DNA of 64,000 nt from Anaerolineales bacterium (lineage in GTDB: Bacteria > Chloroflexota > Anaerolineae > Anaerolineales > UBA6663). Numbering within the stretch: the stretch's first letter is position 1; every line of letters begins with the position of its first letter. Positions 27,096-36,736 of the stretch are shown piece by piece. Position numbers and translations under genes: made by a program. Where the stretch lies: assembly GCA_044224715.1 (NCBI GenBank), contig JBGAJV010000017.1, positions 14,415 to 78,414 on the forward strand, read 5' to 3'. Below the pieces are notes generated by a model. That model saw only the letters and a list, made by a program, of their open reading frames with translations, was not told where the DNA came from and made no database searches.

Positions 27096-27928
27096 GGGCC
27101 GGTGAGGCGGTCGCGGGTTTCCGTCAGCAGTTCGTCCACGGTCAGCGCGCCCGGGTGCACGCCCAGGTCCTGCACCCGTTGCGCCAGCTGTGTGATCTGC
27201 GGCGGTTCGAGATGGGTGCGGGCGAGCACGTCGGCCTGCTGGAAGATCTCGCGCGTCGGTCCGTCGGCCAGCACCTGACCCAGGCCCATCGCGACGACCC
27301 GCTTGGCGTATTCGGCCACGATCGGCATGTCGTGGGTGATGATCACGATCGTGTGGCCGAGCCGGGTATTGAGATCGCGTAGAAAGCTCATGATCTCGGC
27401 CGATTGGCGGGCGTCCTGACCGGTGGTGGGCTCGTCGACGATGATCACCCGCGGCCGCAACGCCAGGATCGACGCGATGGCGACGCGCTGGCGCAGGCCC
27501 TTTGACAGGAAGAACGGGTGCTCGCCGAACAGGGCGTCGTTCAGGCCAACGACTCGGGCTGCTTCGGCGACGCGCTCCTTCACTTCCGGCTCCGGCAGCT
27601 GGATGTTGCGCGGGCCGTAGGCGATCTCGTCCCAACAGGTGTTGTTGAACAACTGATGATCCGGGTTCTGGAAGACGTAGCCGACGCGCTTGACCATTTG
27701 GACGATCGGCGTGGTCTTCGAGTTCAACCCATCCACCAGGATCTCGCCCGAGGTCGGTTTGAACAGGCCGTTCAGACACTTCGAGAGCGTGGTCTTGCCC
27801 GACCCGTTCTGACCGATCAGCGCCAGCAGCTCGCCTTCGCCAATGTCGAGCGTCACATGGCTGAGGGCCTCGGTGCCATCGGGGTAGCGAAAACCCAGGT
27901 CACGGACGGCGATGTAAGGGTTGGTCAT
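27089..27928 (-). CDS. ECF-transporter ATPase component (second ATPase)
   Basis: Start trimmed to MTNPYIAVRDLGFRY. Walker A GQNGSGKTT, signature LSKGLRQRV, Walker B IIVDEPT. ATGA overlap with the upstream ATPase gene. Confidence 0.92.
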   Translation of the reverse strand: MTNPYIAVRDLGFRYPDGTEALSHVTLDIGEGELLALIGQNGSGKTTLSKCLNGLFKPTSGEILVDGLNSKTTPIVQMVKRVGYVFQNPDHQLFNNTCWDEIAYGPRNIQLPEPEVKERVAEAARVVGLNDALFGEHPFFLSKGLRQRVAIASILALRPRVIIVDEPTTGQDARQSAEIMSFLRDLNTRLGHTIVIITHDMPIVAEYAKRVVAMGLGQVLADGPTREIFQQADVLARTHLEPPQITQLAQRVQDLGVHPGALTVDELLTETRDRLTGPA

Positions 27929-28794
27929 GGGCGCCGCTCCGTCGAACCGCCGAGCAGGGCACGCAGCCGGGCGGCGGCTGCGTCGAGCGTCAGGGGTAGC
28001 GCGCCGCCGTCGACGCCGGACTGCTGCAGCGCGTGGAAGTAGCGCAGCGCGCCCGGCGGCGTGATGCCGTGAGCGAGCAGCGTGTCCATCTGCTGGAAGA
28101 ACGCCGGGGTCTCGTCCTCGAGCACCAGCTGCCCGCCGGAGAGCAGCGCCATCCGGTCCGCCAGGGGGACGAGGTTCTCGAGGCTGTGCTCGATGACGAT
28201 GACGGTGTTGCTGCGCGCCTGCTTCAGGTCTTTGAGGACGTCGAAGACGCGTCGGCGGCTGATCGGGTCGAGCATCGAGGTCGGTTCGTCGAGCACGAGG
28301 ATGCGCGGCTTCATCGCCAGCACGGCCGCGAGCGCCACGCGCTGTTTCTGGCCGCCCGAGATCTCGTAGGGCGGTTTGTTGAGCAGCGGCCCGAGGTTGA
28401 CCAGGTCGACGACCCACTGGAGGCGCTCGCGGATCTCGGCCAGGCTCAGGCCGAGGTTCTCGAGGCCGAAGACCAGCTCGTCCTCGACCGTCATGGCCGT
28501 GAACTGCGCCTCCGGATCCGAGAAGACGACGCCGATCGTACGCTGCAGCTCGCCGTGCGCGTATGTTTCGACCTCACGGTCGTAGACGTGCACGTTGCCC
28601 GCCTTGATGCCCCGATACTGGCCCGGGATCAGGCCGTTCAACGAATACGCCAGGGTGGTCTTGCCCGAGCCGTTCGGCCCGATCACGCCCAGGAAGACGC
28701 CCTCGTCGATCGTCAGCGTGACCTGCGTCAGGGCCTCGCCCGCGGCGTGCAGATAGCGCCAGGAATAATCGCGGATGTTGATGGCGGCGGTCAT
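27925..28794 (-). CDS. ECF-transporter ATPase component (first ATPase)
   Basis: 289 aa with Walker A GPNGSGKTT, signature ISGGQKQRV and Walker B LVLDEPT. Confidence 0.92.
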   Translation of the reverse strand: MTAAINIRDYSWRYLHAAGEALTQVTLTIDEGVFLGVIGPNGSGKTTLAYSLNGLIPGQYRGIKAGNVHVYDREVETYAHGELQRTIGVVFSDPEAQFTAMTVEDELVFGLENLGLSLAEIRERLQWVVDLVNLGPLLNKPPYEISGGQKQRVALAAVLAMKPRILVLDEPTSMLDPISRRRVFDVLKDLKQARSNTVIVIEHSLENLVPLADRMALLSGGQLVLEDETPAFFQQMDTLLAHGITPPGALRYFHALQQSGVDGGALPLTLDAAAARLRALLGGSTERRP

Positions 28795-28803
28795 GCTCTT
28801 TCC

Positions 28804-29667
28804 CTATCCACCCAGGACGGCGCTCAACCAGTTGAGTAACGCCGAACGCTCAAGGCCGAAGGCCCCGTAACCGAGACTGAGCACGAGCAGGGCGACGAAG
28901 GCGATGGCGATCACGGCCGTCAAGGCGGCATCCGAGCGTTTGAAGACGTAGTGCGTCAGCACGTAGTCGGCCCGGTGCACGCGGCTGGCCGGGCCGGTGA
29001 ACGCATAGCCGCGGGCGATCAGGGCATTGGTGAATTCCTCGGATCGGCGCAGCGACAGCGCGAAGAGCGGGATCATGTACATCACGTACTTGCGCAGTTT
29101 GTACGCCAGCGATTTGCCGGTCGTGTCGAAGCCGCGCGCCTGTTCGGCCTGCCGCACGATCTGAAAATCCTCGAGCACCATCCCGGCGGCGCGCAAGGCC
29201 ATGGCGAAGACGTAGGTGACCACGAACGGCGCCCGGATGCTGCGCATGGCCACGATCACGTCCCGTTCGCGCGAGGTGGTCAGAAAGAACACCATGGTCG
29301 TGATCATCGGCAGGATGCGGCAGTACACCACCAGGCCGTCGCGCAGGCGCTCCCAGTAGATCGGGAGCCCCACGACGTCGAAAAGCTTGCGGTATTCGGG
29401 GTGGACCCCGCCGAGCACCGTGTACGAGAGCAGGATGATCGTGCCCATCGAGATCGCCACCGGCACATAGATCTGCAACGTTCGCAGGTTCACACGGCTG
29501 GCGACCATCAGCGCCAGGATGGCCAGCATCAACGCCACGTTCGCGACTGGGTCGGTGATGAACAACGGGAACAGGCTGACGATCAACAGGAAGAACAGCT
29601 TGACGAAGGGGTGGACCGCGTAAATCGGCGATTCGTCGGGGACGTAGCCCAACAGGGTCTTGTTCAT
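28804..29667 (-). CDS. ecfT: ECF-transporter transmembrane (T) component
   Basis: 287 aa, polytopic, with two coupling-helix Ala-Arg-Gly motifs (QAEQARGFD and NALIARGYAF). Confidence 0.88.
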   Translation of the reverse strand: MNKTLLGYVPDESPIYAVHPFVKLFFLLIVSLFPLFITDPVANVALMLAILALMVASRVNLRTLQIYVPVAISMGTIILLSYTVLGGVHPEYRKLFDVVGLPIYWERLRDGLVVYCRILPMITTMVFFLTTSRERDVIVAMRSIRAPFVVTYVFAMALRAAGMVLEDFQIVRQAEQARGFDTTGKSLAYKLRKYVMYMIPLFALSLRRSEEFTNALIARGYAFTGPASRVHRADYVLTHYVFKRSDAALTAVIAIAFVALLVLSLGYGAFGLERSALLNWLSAVLGG

Positions 29668-29749
29668 GCGCGCTCGGGTCCTTGACGGGCCGACGGATAC
29701 GTGGCGGGCGCAGACCGAAGGTGCGTCTGCGCCCGCCGGATAGCGCGGG

Positions 29750-30388
29750 TCAGGCCAGCCAGCGCTTGACGAAGGCCGCCGTCCGGATGACGACCGGCGA
29801 GAGCGCCTTGAGCAGGATGAAGTTGAACACCAGGCCGGCGACGACGTTGCCGCCGAACCAGCCCCAGATGAACAACGGCACCGAGTCGGTGGTCAGCAGG
29901 CCGAAGCCCTGCAGCACGACCAGCGGCGACCACAGCGCGCCGAAGGCCGATGAGACGATCATGGCCGCCAGCAAAATGAGGTAGTCGCGCATCGAGCGCA
30001 GCCGCGGGTCAGCCTTGAAGTAGCGGAAGGCCCAGGCCGGCAGGAAGGCCTGCACGGCGTTGGCTGGGATGTACGCAAGCGACACGTAGAACGGCGTGCC
30101 GGCGATCGCGTTGGAGAAGAACGGGAAGATGGTGCCGGCGATCACGCCCCACAGGCCAAACCAGATGCTGCCGACCTGCTGAACGGCGATGCCGGTCCAG
30201 AAGAAGTTGACGCCGAAGCCGAGCGGGAAGCTGATGCTGCCAAAGGCCCCGACGACGAAGCCGATGCCGATCAACAAGGCCGTGATGACGATATGGATCA
30301 CGCCGACTGACTGGCGCTCACCCGGTTGTACCGTCCAGATTTGTTCCGCGGTTAGTTCCTGTGCGGGCGTGGTGGTGGTTGTGCTCAT
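29750..30388 (-). CDS. Probable ECF substrate-capture (S) component of unknown specificity
   Basis: 212 aa with about six TM helices, first gene of the S-T-A-A cluster. I cannot assign it to a named S-component family by eye. Confidence 0.6.
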   Translation of the reverse strand: MSTTTTTPAQELTAEQIWTVQPGERQSVGVIHIVITALLIGIGFVVGAFGSISFPLGFGVNFFWTGIAVQQVGSIWFGLWGVIAGTIFPFFSNAIAGTPFYVSLAYIPANAVQAFLPAWAFRYFKADPRLRSMRDYLILLAAMIVSSAFGALWSPLVVLQGFGLLTTDSVPLFIWGWFGGNVVAGLVFNFILLKALSPVVIRTAAFVKRWLA

Positions 30389-30621
30389 CGGATCGTCCTT
30401 TCAATCAATGGCGAATCGATAAAGGGTTGACGACGCATGTGATGAGACTATCGACGTGGACAGCCACTACGGTATCGGCGAGGCGATTGGCGCGCACCTT
30501 CCTTTCTCCATCCCAAAGACAAGCGGGCGGCAATCAGATAAGCAAAACCGGTCGAGCACGCTTCTCTCGCGTGATCGCGGCCTTGCTTGAGGCGACAGGT
30601 TTTGAGCAACAGATTCTCGCC

Positions 30622-30627
30622 ATTATA
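30622..30627 (-). promoter_or_regulatory. Candidate -10 hexamer TATAAT (minus strand) starting a ~227-nt leader for the ECF operon
   Basis: Minus strand reads ...catcgcccgTATAATggcgag. No good -35 was found, so this is tentative. Confidence 0.35.
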
Positions 30628-30841
30628 CGGGCGATGCACCGACTTTGGTGAAAAAACCGCTTTTGGCTGCCCGTGCGTTGGCGGACAGGGGTCCCTGCCG
30701 CGCAGGTCGTGAAGCGCGGCAATGGCCACGCCATCGGAAAGGCGGGCGACAGGGCGCAAGGCGAACGAGGCGGCACGGCCGCCAACCGCCGGCGAAACCC
30801 AGCATTCAGGCCAGGCGAAAAGACCGGGAGTTCCGGCGCCC

Positions 30842-31651
30842 TCAGCCGGGAAGATTGTCGCGCGCATACTCGGCCGGTGTCCGGCCGACCAGGGTTTTGA
30901 AGTCGCGGCAGAAATGGGCCTGGTCGAAGAAGCCCAGATCGAGCGCCAGGGTCTCGAGCGAGGTCGCGCGACCCTCGGCCAGGCGCTCCGCGGCTTCCTG
31001 CAGCCGATAGCGCTGGATGACCCATTTGGGGCTGACACCGACATAGTCGTTGAACAGGCGCTGCAGCGATCGCGCGCTATAGCCAAAGCAGGCGGCCAGA
31101 TCTTCGACGCGCTGGATATCGCGCCGTTCGTAGATGGCGGTGGCGATGCGATCGATCACGGCCACGGTCGGGTCGACCGCCGGAAGCCGGCTGCGCAGGA
31201 AGGCCTCGAACGCGGCGATCTGATCGACCGGATCCGCGAGCGTCAGCACCGCGGCTTCGAGCGAGCGCCCCGTTACGCCGAACTCCGTGCGCAGGCTGCG
31301 CCAACCATTGGTCAGCGACGACACCGGGCCGTTGCAGAACGGCCGGTAGCCGCCGGGTCGGAACTTCACGCCGAACACGCCGCCGCGCCCGCGCAGCACC
31401 TGCGTGTCGCGGGCGTCGGCCGGGCCATAGATCCGTGTGCGCCCACGCTCGATCACGAGGTTCACGCACGGGTGCGGCAGCGTCTCCTGGCGATGGGGCG
31501 GTCGGCCGGTCAGATCCCACCGAATGATCCAATAACGTTGCACGAAGGCGCCGACATCGGCCGACGGGAAGTGCCGGGTCAACGCAAAACGCGCCCGGGC
31601 GACGTTCGGGTTCAGGATCCCGCGAGTGTTGAAATGGTTATGGGATGGCAT
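30842..31651 (-). CDS. AraC-family transcriptional regulator
   Basis: Start trimmed to MPSHNHFNTRG. C-terminal double HTH ...VEDLAACFGYSARSLQRLFNDYVGVSPKWVIQRYRLQEA...LALDLGFFDQAHFCRDFKTLVGRTPAEYAR. Confidence 0.85.
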   Translation of the reverse strand: MPSHNHFNTRGILNPNVARARFALTRHFPSADVGAFVQRYWIIRWDLTGRPPHRQETLPHPCVNLVIERGRTRIYGPADARDTQVLRGRGGVFGVKFRPGGYRPFCNGPVSSLTNGWRSLRTEFGVTGRSLEAAVLTLADPVDQIAAFEAFLRSRLPAVDPTVAVIDRIATAIYERRDIQRVEDLAACFGYSARSLQRLFNDYVGVSPKWVIQRYRLQEAAERLAEGRATSLETLALDLGFFDQAHFCRDFKTLVGRTPAEYARDNLPG

Positions 31652-31775
31652 GGCGTTGGGTCTACGAGTATAGTATATTTGTTCTATTGGCGGGTTTATC
31701 CAAGACGGCGAACCACCCACATGTTACCTTGGCACGCGCGCACTCCGGCGCGCGGAAGATCGATCGAGGCTGAGC

Positions 31776-32177
31776 ATGCCGACCACAACCATATTCTTTG
31801 CCGTCAAGGCTTGGGATGAGAAACCGTACAACGAGGCGCCCGGCGAGCTGAAGCTGACCCGCTCGCACAACCTCTACGCCTACACCGGCGATCTGGAGGG
31901 TGAGAGCCAGCTGGAGTACCTGATGGTCTACCGCGAGGACGGCACCGGCAGCTTCGTCGGGCAGGAGCGCGTCGTCGGGCGTCTGGCCGGGCGACAGGGC
32001 AGCTTCATCCTCGAGCATCAGGGGACTTTCGACAAGACTACGGTCACCAGCACGTGCGTGATCCTGCCTGGCACCGGCACGGGCGACCTGCGCGGGTTGA
32101 GCGGGCACGGCACGCTGCGTTTGGCCGGTCACGCCGAGCGCTACCCGCTCGAGCTCACGTATACGTTCGCGGAGTGA
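31776..32177 (+). CDS. DUF3224-family protein
   Basis: 133 aa, ...KLTRSHNLYAYTGDLEGESQLEYLMVY...GTGDLRGLSGHGTL, typical of the family as I recall it. Confidence 0.7.
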   Translation: MPTTTIFFAVKAWDEKPYNEAPGELKLTRSHNLYAYTGDLEGESQLEYLMVYREDGTGSFVGQERVVGRLAGRQGSFILEHQGTFDKTTVTSTCVILPGTGTGDLRGLSGHGTLRLAGHAERYPLELTYTFAE

Positions 32178-32212
32178 GGCAGCGGCGAGACGCCCAGGCC
32201 AGGAGCTGAACC

Positions 32213-32596
32213 ATGACGGAGTTGGGTGAGTTCGATGACCTGTTGAGCCTCGCGGCGCCGGAGCTACACGCGCTGATGCGACGCTTGCGGGCGCTGATCC
32301 TCGAGCTCGATCCGAAGGCCTGCGAGGTGGTTCGGCTGGGCGACCGGGCCGCGACGTATGGCCTCGGGCCGAAGAAGATGAGCGAAGGCTACGCGTACAT
32401 CATGCCGCAGTCGGCCTGGGTCAATCTGGGTTTCTACCAGGGTGCGGGCCTGCCGGACCCCGCGCGCGTGCTGGCGGGCACCGGGGCCAAACTGCGCCAT
32501 GTCAAGGTCAGATCCATGGCCGAGGCGGATCGACCGGTGATCCGCGCGCTGCTGCGGGCCGCGCGCCAGGAACGTCGAACCGCGCTCGGCCGCTGA
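32213..32596 (+). CDS. DUF1801-family protein
   Basis: 127 aa, ...RLRALILELDPKACEVVRLGDRAATYGLGPKKMSEGYAYIMPQSAWVNLGFYQG... Confidence 0.7.
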   Translation: MTELGEFDDLLSLAAPELHALMRRLRALILELDPKACEVVRLGDRAATYGLGPKKMSEGYAYIMPQSAWVNLGFYQGAGLPDPARVLAGTGAKLRHVKVRSMAEADRPVIRALLRAARQERRTALGR

Positions 32597-32634
32597 CGCC
32601 GCCACACGTGAGCCAGCCTAAGAACGGGACCCAG

Positions 32635-33330
32635 ATGAAATCCGAACGCCACGTCAAAGATTCGCTGCCGATCCTGTCGTTCAAGACCACGACCGAATGG
32701 GAGGCCTGGCTCGAGCGTCAACCGGAAGACTCGCCGGGGCTGTGGCTGCGCATCTACAAGAAGGAGACAGGGCGGCCGACGGTCACGTATGCCGAGGCGT
32801 TGGATGGTGCCTTGTGTTTCGGCTGGATCGATGGGCAGAAGGACAAATACGACGGCGAGGCCTGGCTGCAGAAGTTCACGCCGCGTCGCCCGCGTAGCGC
32901 CTGGTCGCAGATCAACGTCAAGAAGGTCGAGGCCCTGACGGCAGCCGGCCGGATGCGCCCCGGCGGCCTTGCGGTTGTCGAGCAGGCCAAAGCCGACGGC
33001 CGCTGGGCCAACGCCTATGCGCCGCAGAGTCAGGCCACGGTGCCCGAGGATCTGCAAGCGGCGCTCGACAAGAGCAAGGTCGCGCGCGAATTCTTCGCCA
33101 CGCTCAAAGGTGCCAATCGCTATGCGATCCTGTTTCGCATCCGCGACGCGAAACGGCCGGAGACGCGAACGCGCCTGATCGCCCAATTCGTCGATATGCT
33201 CAAACGCCGGGAGACGATCTATCCGCTGCTCGCTTCGTCGGCGAAACGCGCGGCGGCGTCGGACGTCAAGCCGAAATCAAAGACCGGCAAAACCGGCGCG
33301 CGCAAACCCAAAACGCCCTCGCGGGCTTAA
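32635..33330 (+). CDS. YdeI/OmpD-associated family protein with a Lys-rich tail
   Basis: ...FKTTTEWEAWLERQPEDSPGLWLRIYKKETGRPTVTYAEALDGALCFGWIDGQK... Start set at ATG 32635; GTG 32608 is an alternative. Confidence 0.75.
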   Translation: MKSERHVKDSLPILSFKTTTEWEAWLERQPEDSPGLWLRIYKKETGRPTVTYAEALDGALCFGWIDGQKDKYDGEAWLQKFTPRRPRSAWSQINVKKVEALTAAGRMRPGGLAVVEQAKADGRWANAYAPQSQATVPEDLQAALDKSKVAREFFATLKGANRYAILFRIRDAKRPETRTRLIAQFVDMLKRRETIYPLLASSAKRAAASDVKPKSKTGKTGARKPKTPSRA

Positions 33331-33366
33331 CCGCGTTCGCCAATCGATATAAGCAGGAGATCACTC

Positions 33367-33777
33367 ATGCCTCAATCTGCAATCGGCCACCTGGTGTACT
33401 TCATCGATGCCAAGAACATCCCCTTCTATCGCGACCTGCTGAGCTTCCTCGGCTGGTCGGTGCTGTACGAGGGCGACGCGATGTTGGGCCTGACCGGGCC
33501 GCATGACGTCAGTCTGTGGTTCGGGGCCGCGCTCAAGGACCTGACCACCGACTTCGATGGGCGCGGGCTCAATCACGTAGCCTTGAGCGTGCCGGCGCAG
33601 GGCGATATCGACGCCACGGTCGATTACCTCAAGACGCACGGCGTCCCGTCGTTGTTCGAAACGCCGCGCCACAGGCCCGACTTCACCCAGGACCCGGCCC
33701 AGACCTATTACCAGGTGATGTTCGTCTCTCCGGACAATATACAATTCGAGGTCGTCTATATCGGGCCGAAGGCCTGA
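33367..33777 (+). CDS. VOC (glyoxalase/bleomycin-resistance fold) family protein
   Basis: 136 aa with GLNHVALSV and a beta-alpha-beta-beta-beta-like repeat pattern. GGAGA lies upstream of the ATG. Confidence 0.75.
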   Translation: MPQSAIGHLVYFIDAKNIPFYRDLLSFLGWSVLYEGDAMLGLTGPHDVSLWFGAALKDLTTDFDGRGLNHVALSVPAQGDIDATVDYLKTHGVPSLFETPRHRPDFTQDPAQTYYQVMFVSPDNIQFEVVYIGPKA

Positions 33778-33812
33778 GCCGTCACGCAAACGCGAGTTCA
33801 CGCGTCTGTGTT

Positions 33813-34118
33813 TCACGGCCGCCCCAGCCGAATGGCTCCGAGGGTGAGGGCCAGCCAGGCGAGCACGAGCGCCAGGCCGTGCAGGAACAGGCTGGGCCAA
33901 CCCACCAGCGCCTGGGCCCCCGTGCGCGTCGTCGATCGGCCCAGAAAGAACAGGTCGATCGCGAGCGCGGCCGGGTGCGAGGCCGTGTACAGACCGAGGA
34001 CGATGCCCAGGCTGCCCGCGACGATGCGCTCGCCGCTCGGCGGAAGACCCACGATGACGGCCAGGCAATACAACCCGCACACGAGGGTGGTGACAAGAAC
34101 CAGGCTGAGACGGGCCAT
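33813..34118 (-). CDS. Hypothetical small membrane protein (3 TM)
   Basis: 101 aa, strongly hydrophobic, MARLSLVLVTTLVCGLYCLAVIVGL... No family recognised. Confidence 0.45.
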   Translation of the reverse strand: MARLSLVLVTTLVCGLYCLAVIVGLPPSGERIVAGSLGIVLGLYTASHPAALAIDLFFLGRSTTRTGAQALVGWPSLFLHGLALVLAWLALTLGAIRLGRP

Positions 34119-34215
34119 GTCGACTCAGTGACAAACGTGAGACTTTCGGCCGGAAGTACCGGATCCGGCGACCCTGGTCCGGGCCGGAAGTCGAAACCGA
34201 TTACAATTATCGGGC

Positions 34216-36672
34216 ATGCGCGATTGGCTCCTGACCCGGGACGATCCGTTGGCCCTGCGAATCGCAGCCGACACGCGCCTCACCCCCACTGACTACGCCG
34301 ACGATCAAAGTTGGGAGCTCGCCTTGAATGGCGGCGAGCCGCCGGCCCTGGGTGTGCGGACGACGTACGGTCTTCGCGCGCGTGAGTTGCGCCTCTTCCC
34401 CGTGTTCACCGAGGGCGCGGGCTCCGTCAGCGACCCGGCCGATTTCACGGTCCAACCGACGCTGCGCGCGTTCTTCCCCGATTACCTGCGCTTGACGTTC
34501 GAGCCGTTTCCCGGGGTTCAGGTCACCGCGCATTATTGGGCCGCGGACAGCCACGTCCTGGCCGGCCAACTCACCCTGCTCCAACACGACCCAGAGGGAC
34601 GATCTCGCACGCTGGCGGTCGCCCTGGCCGGTCTGCTCAAACCGCTCACCGGCGGCGATGCCGGCGCCATCCGCGCGTCAGCGCCGCTGAACCGCCCGCT
34701 TGGCCCGAGCCAGCGCGAAGAATTCGCCGTGCTCGAGGGCCAGACCGGCAACCTCAACGTCATCATCGCGATGGATGATGAGGCCAGCGGCGACTCGGCC
34801 CCGCACCCGCTCCTGACCCGCACCCTGGAATTGCCGGCGGGCGAGCCTGTCACGGTGCGCTGGGCCTGCGCCGCGCGGCCCTCGGCCGCCGAAAGCCTCG
34901 TGGCGCTGCGCGAAACGTTCGCGCGCGAATGGGAAGGCGAGTTCGCGCGCCTCGAGCTGGTCAATGAAAGCCTGCTCGAGATCGAGACCGGCGACAAGGA
35001 TTGGGACGCGGCCTTCGCCTTCGCGCAGAACGTCTCGCTGCGCTGTTTTGTCGGCCCGACCGACAAGCTGCCGCATCCATCCTTTGTGTTCGCGCGCAAC
35101 CCCGACCGCGGTTATTCGCGGAAGGGTGACGGCTCGGATCATCCGTGGTTATGGGACGGCCAGGTCGCGACCGAGGCCTACGTCGCGCTGCCCAATATCG
35201 TGCACGCGGCGCCGGAGCTGGCCAAGGGCATCCTACTCAACTGGCTGGCGGTCCAGGACGAGCGCGGCTTCATCGACTGGAAGCCCGGGCTTGCCGGTCA
35301 GCGCAACAAGGCCCTGTGCATCCCGTTGCTGGCCACCCTGTGCTGGAAGCTGTACGAGGACACGCACGATCTGGCCTTCCTCGACCAGTGCTATATCGGG
35401 CTGTATCGTTTCTTCAACGTCTGGTTCTCGTCGCGCTATGACCGCGACGGCGACGGCGTGCCCGAGTGGTCGCATACGATCCAATCGGCGTTCGACGACA
35501 ACCCGTCGTTTGTACGCTGGCAGCCCTGGGGCCAGGGCGCCGACATCACGGCCGTCGAATCCCCTGACCTGGCCGCATATCTCTATCGCGAGGCGCAGTC
35601 GCTGCAGAACATCCGCGAGGCCCTCGGGCGCCCCGAGGAGCCCGAGATCGCGGCCCGAGCCGAGGCTTTGCGCGCCGCCGTCGACGCGATGTGGCGCGAC
35701 GAGACCGCGATCTATCACTACGTCGATCGAGATTCGCACGCCGTGACGCGCGGCGAGGTCCTGGCGCGGGGCCGCGGCGACCTCGCCGTGGACCTCGCCC
35801 GGCGCTTCGATCCGGCGGCGCGCATCACCGTGCGCGCGGTTGGGCCGCGTGATCAAAAGGTCGCGCTCAACGTGACGGTGGCCGGGCGCGGCCCGCGCGG
35901 CCGACATCGGGTCGAGGCTTTCAAGCGGTCGCAGGCCCAGTGGTATTTCGGCGTCGCCACAGCGACGAGCGACAAGCTCTACGCCGAGGTCGAGCGGATC
36001 GAAGTGAGCGGTCTGACCGACGATTACGAGGTCGTGGTCTCCACGGTCGACACGATGCGGCAGGACCAGACCCTGCTGCTGCCGCTCTGGGCGCATCTGC
36101 CGTCGGCCGAACGCGCCGAGGCCCTGGTGCGGCGCACCATCCTCGACCCCGACCGTTTCTGGCGTGCCAATGGCATCCCCAACTGTGCGGCCAACGAGCC
36201 GGTCTACAAACCCGACAACCGCGGCGGCAGCGGGGGCGTGTGGATGATGTGGAACGCGATGGTGTGCGAAGGCCTGCTCGAGTATGGATATCGCGCCGAG
36301 GCGGCGGAATTGATCACGCGTCTGATGCGCGTCATGATCCACAGCCTGCACACCGACCGCGCGTTTAGCGAAGCCTACAACGCCGACACGCTCGATGGGC
36401 TGGGCGAGAAGGACTATCTCTGGGGCGTCGCACCCGTGCACTTGATGCTGCGCGCGGCGGGCATCCGCCCCGTGACCCCCCGCCGCGTGGTGATCGAGGG
36501 CGTGTGCCCCTTCCCCTGGCCGGTCACGGTCCGCTGGAAGGGCCTGGAGGTCACGCGCTCGGGCGCGAGCACGACGATCCGCTTCCCTTCGGAGGCTGTC
36601 GTCACCCTCGACGATGTGGCGCCGCGTTTGATCGAAGACCCGGGTCCGCCGGACGTCGGCGACGACGACTAG
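34216..36672 (+). CDS. Large glycoside hydrolase with an (alpha/alpha)6-barrel catalytic domain (GH63 / MGH1 / trehalase-like)
   Basis: 818 aa with ...HPWLWDGQVATEAY..., DRDGDGVPEW, WMMWNAMVCEGLLEYGY and EAYNADTLDGLGEKDYLWG, resembling GH63/GH37-type barrels. Confidence 0.75.
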   Translation: MRDWLLTRDDPLALRIAADTRLTPTDYADDQSWELALNGGEPPALGVRTTYGLRARELRLFPVFTEGAGSVSDPADFTVQPTLRAFFPDYLRLTFEPFPGVQVTAHYWAADSHVLAGQLTLLQHDPEGRSRTLAVALAGLLKPLTGGDAGAIRASAPLNRPLGPSQREEFAVLEGQTGNLNVIIAMDDEASGDSAPHPLLTRTLELPAGEPVTVRWACAARPSAAESLVALRETFAREWEGEFARLELVNESLLEIETGDKDWDAAFAFAQNVSLRCFVGPTDKLPHPSFVFARNPDRGYSRKGDGSDHPWLWDGQVATEAYVALPNIVHAAPELAKGILLNWLAVQDERGFIDWKPGLAGQRNKALCIPLLATLCWKLYEDTHDLAFLDQCYIGLYRFFNVWFSSRYDRDGDGVPEWSHTIQSAFDDNPSFVRWQPWGQGADITAVESPDLAAYLYREAQSLQNIREALGRPEEPEIAARAEALRAAVDAMWRDETAIYHYVDRDSHAVTRGEVLARGRGDLAVDLARRFDPAARITVRAVGPRDQKVALNVTVAGRGPRGRHRVEAFKRSQAQWYFGVATATSDKLYAEVERIEVSGLTDDYEVVVSTVDTMRQDQTLLLPLWAHLPSAERAEALVRRTILDPDRFWRANGIPNCAANEPVYKPDNRGGSGGVWMMWNAMVCEGLLEYGYRAEAAELITRLMRVMIHSLHTDRAFSEAYNADTLDGLGEKDYLWGVAPVHLMLRAAGIRPVTPRRVVIEGVCPFPWPVTVRWKGLEVTRSGASTTIRFPSEAVVTLDDVAPRLIEDPGPPDVGDDD

Positions 36673-36692
36673 CTACCACCGAAAGACGAACG

Positions 36693-36735
36693 ACGAATGA
36701 CGACGGCTGAAACGACTTCAGCCGTCGTCATTCGT
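36693..36735. terminator. Bidirectional terminator hairpin (19-bp perfect stem)
   Basis: ACGAATGACGACGGCTGAA-acgac-TTCAGCCGTCGTCATTCGT followed by TTTAC, between convergent genes. Confidence 0.85.
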
Positions 36736-36736
36736 T

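Noticed and set aside
30389-30615. Assignment of the ECF-operon leader to the TPP, cobalamin, THF, FMN or preQ1 riboswitch classes
   Set aside because: Only fragmentary resemblances were found (AUCUGAU, GCGAGAGAAGCG, GGAAGGUGCG). The defining cores (CUGAGA plus ACCUGAUCUGGAUAAUGCCAGCG, the B12 box, and others) are not present. Left as an unclassified candidate.
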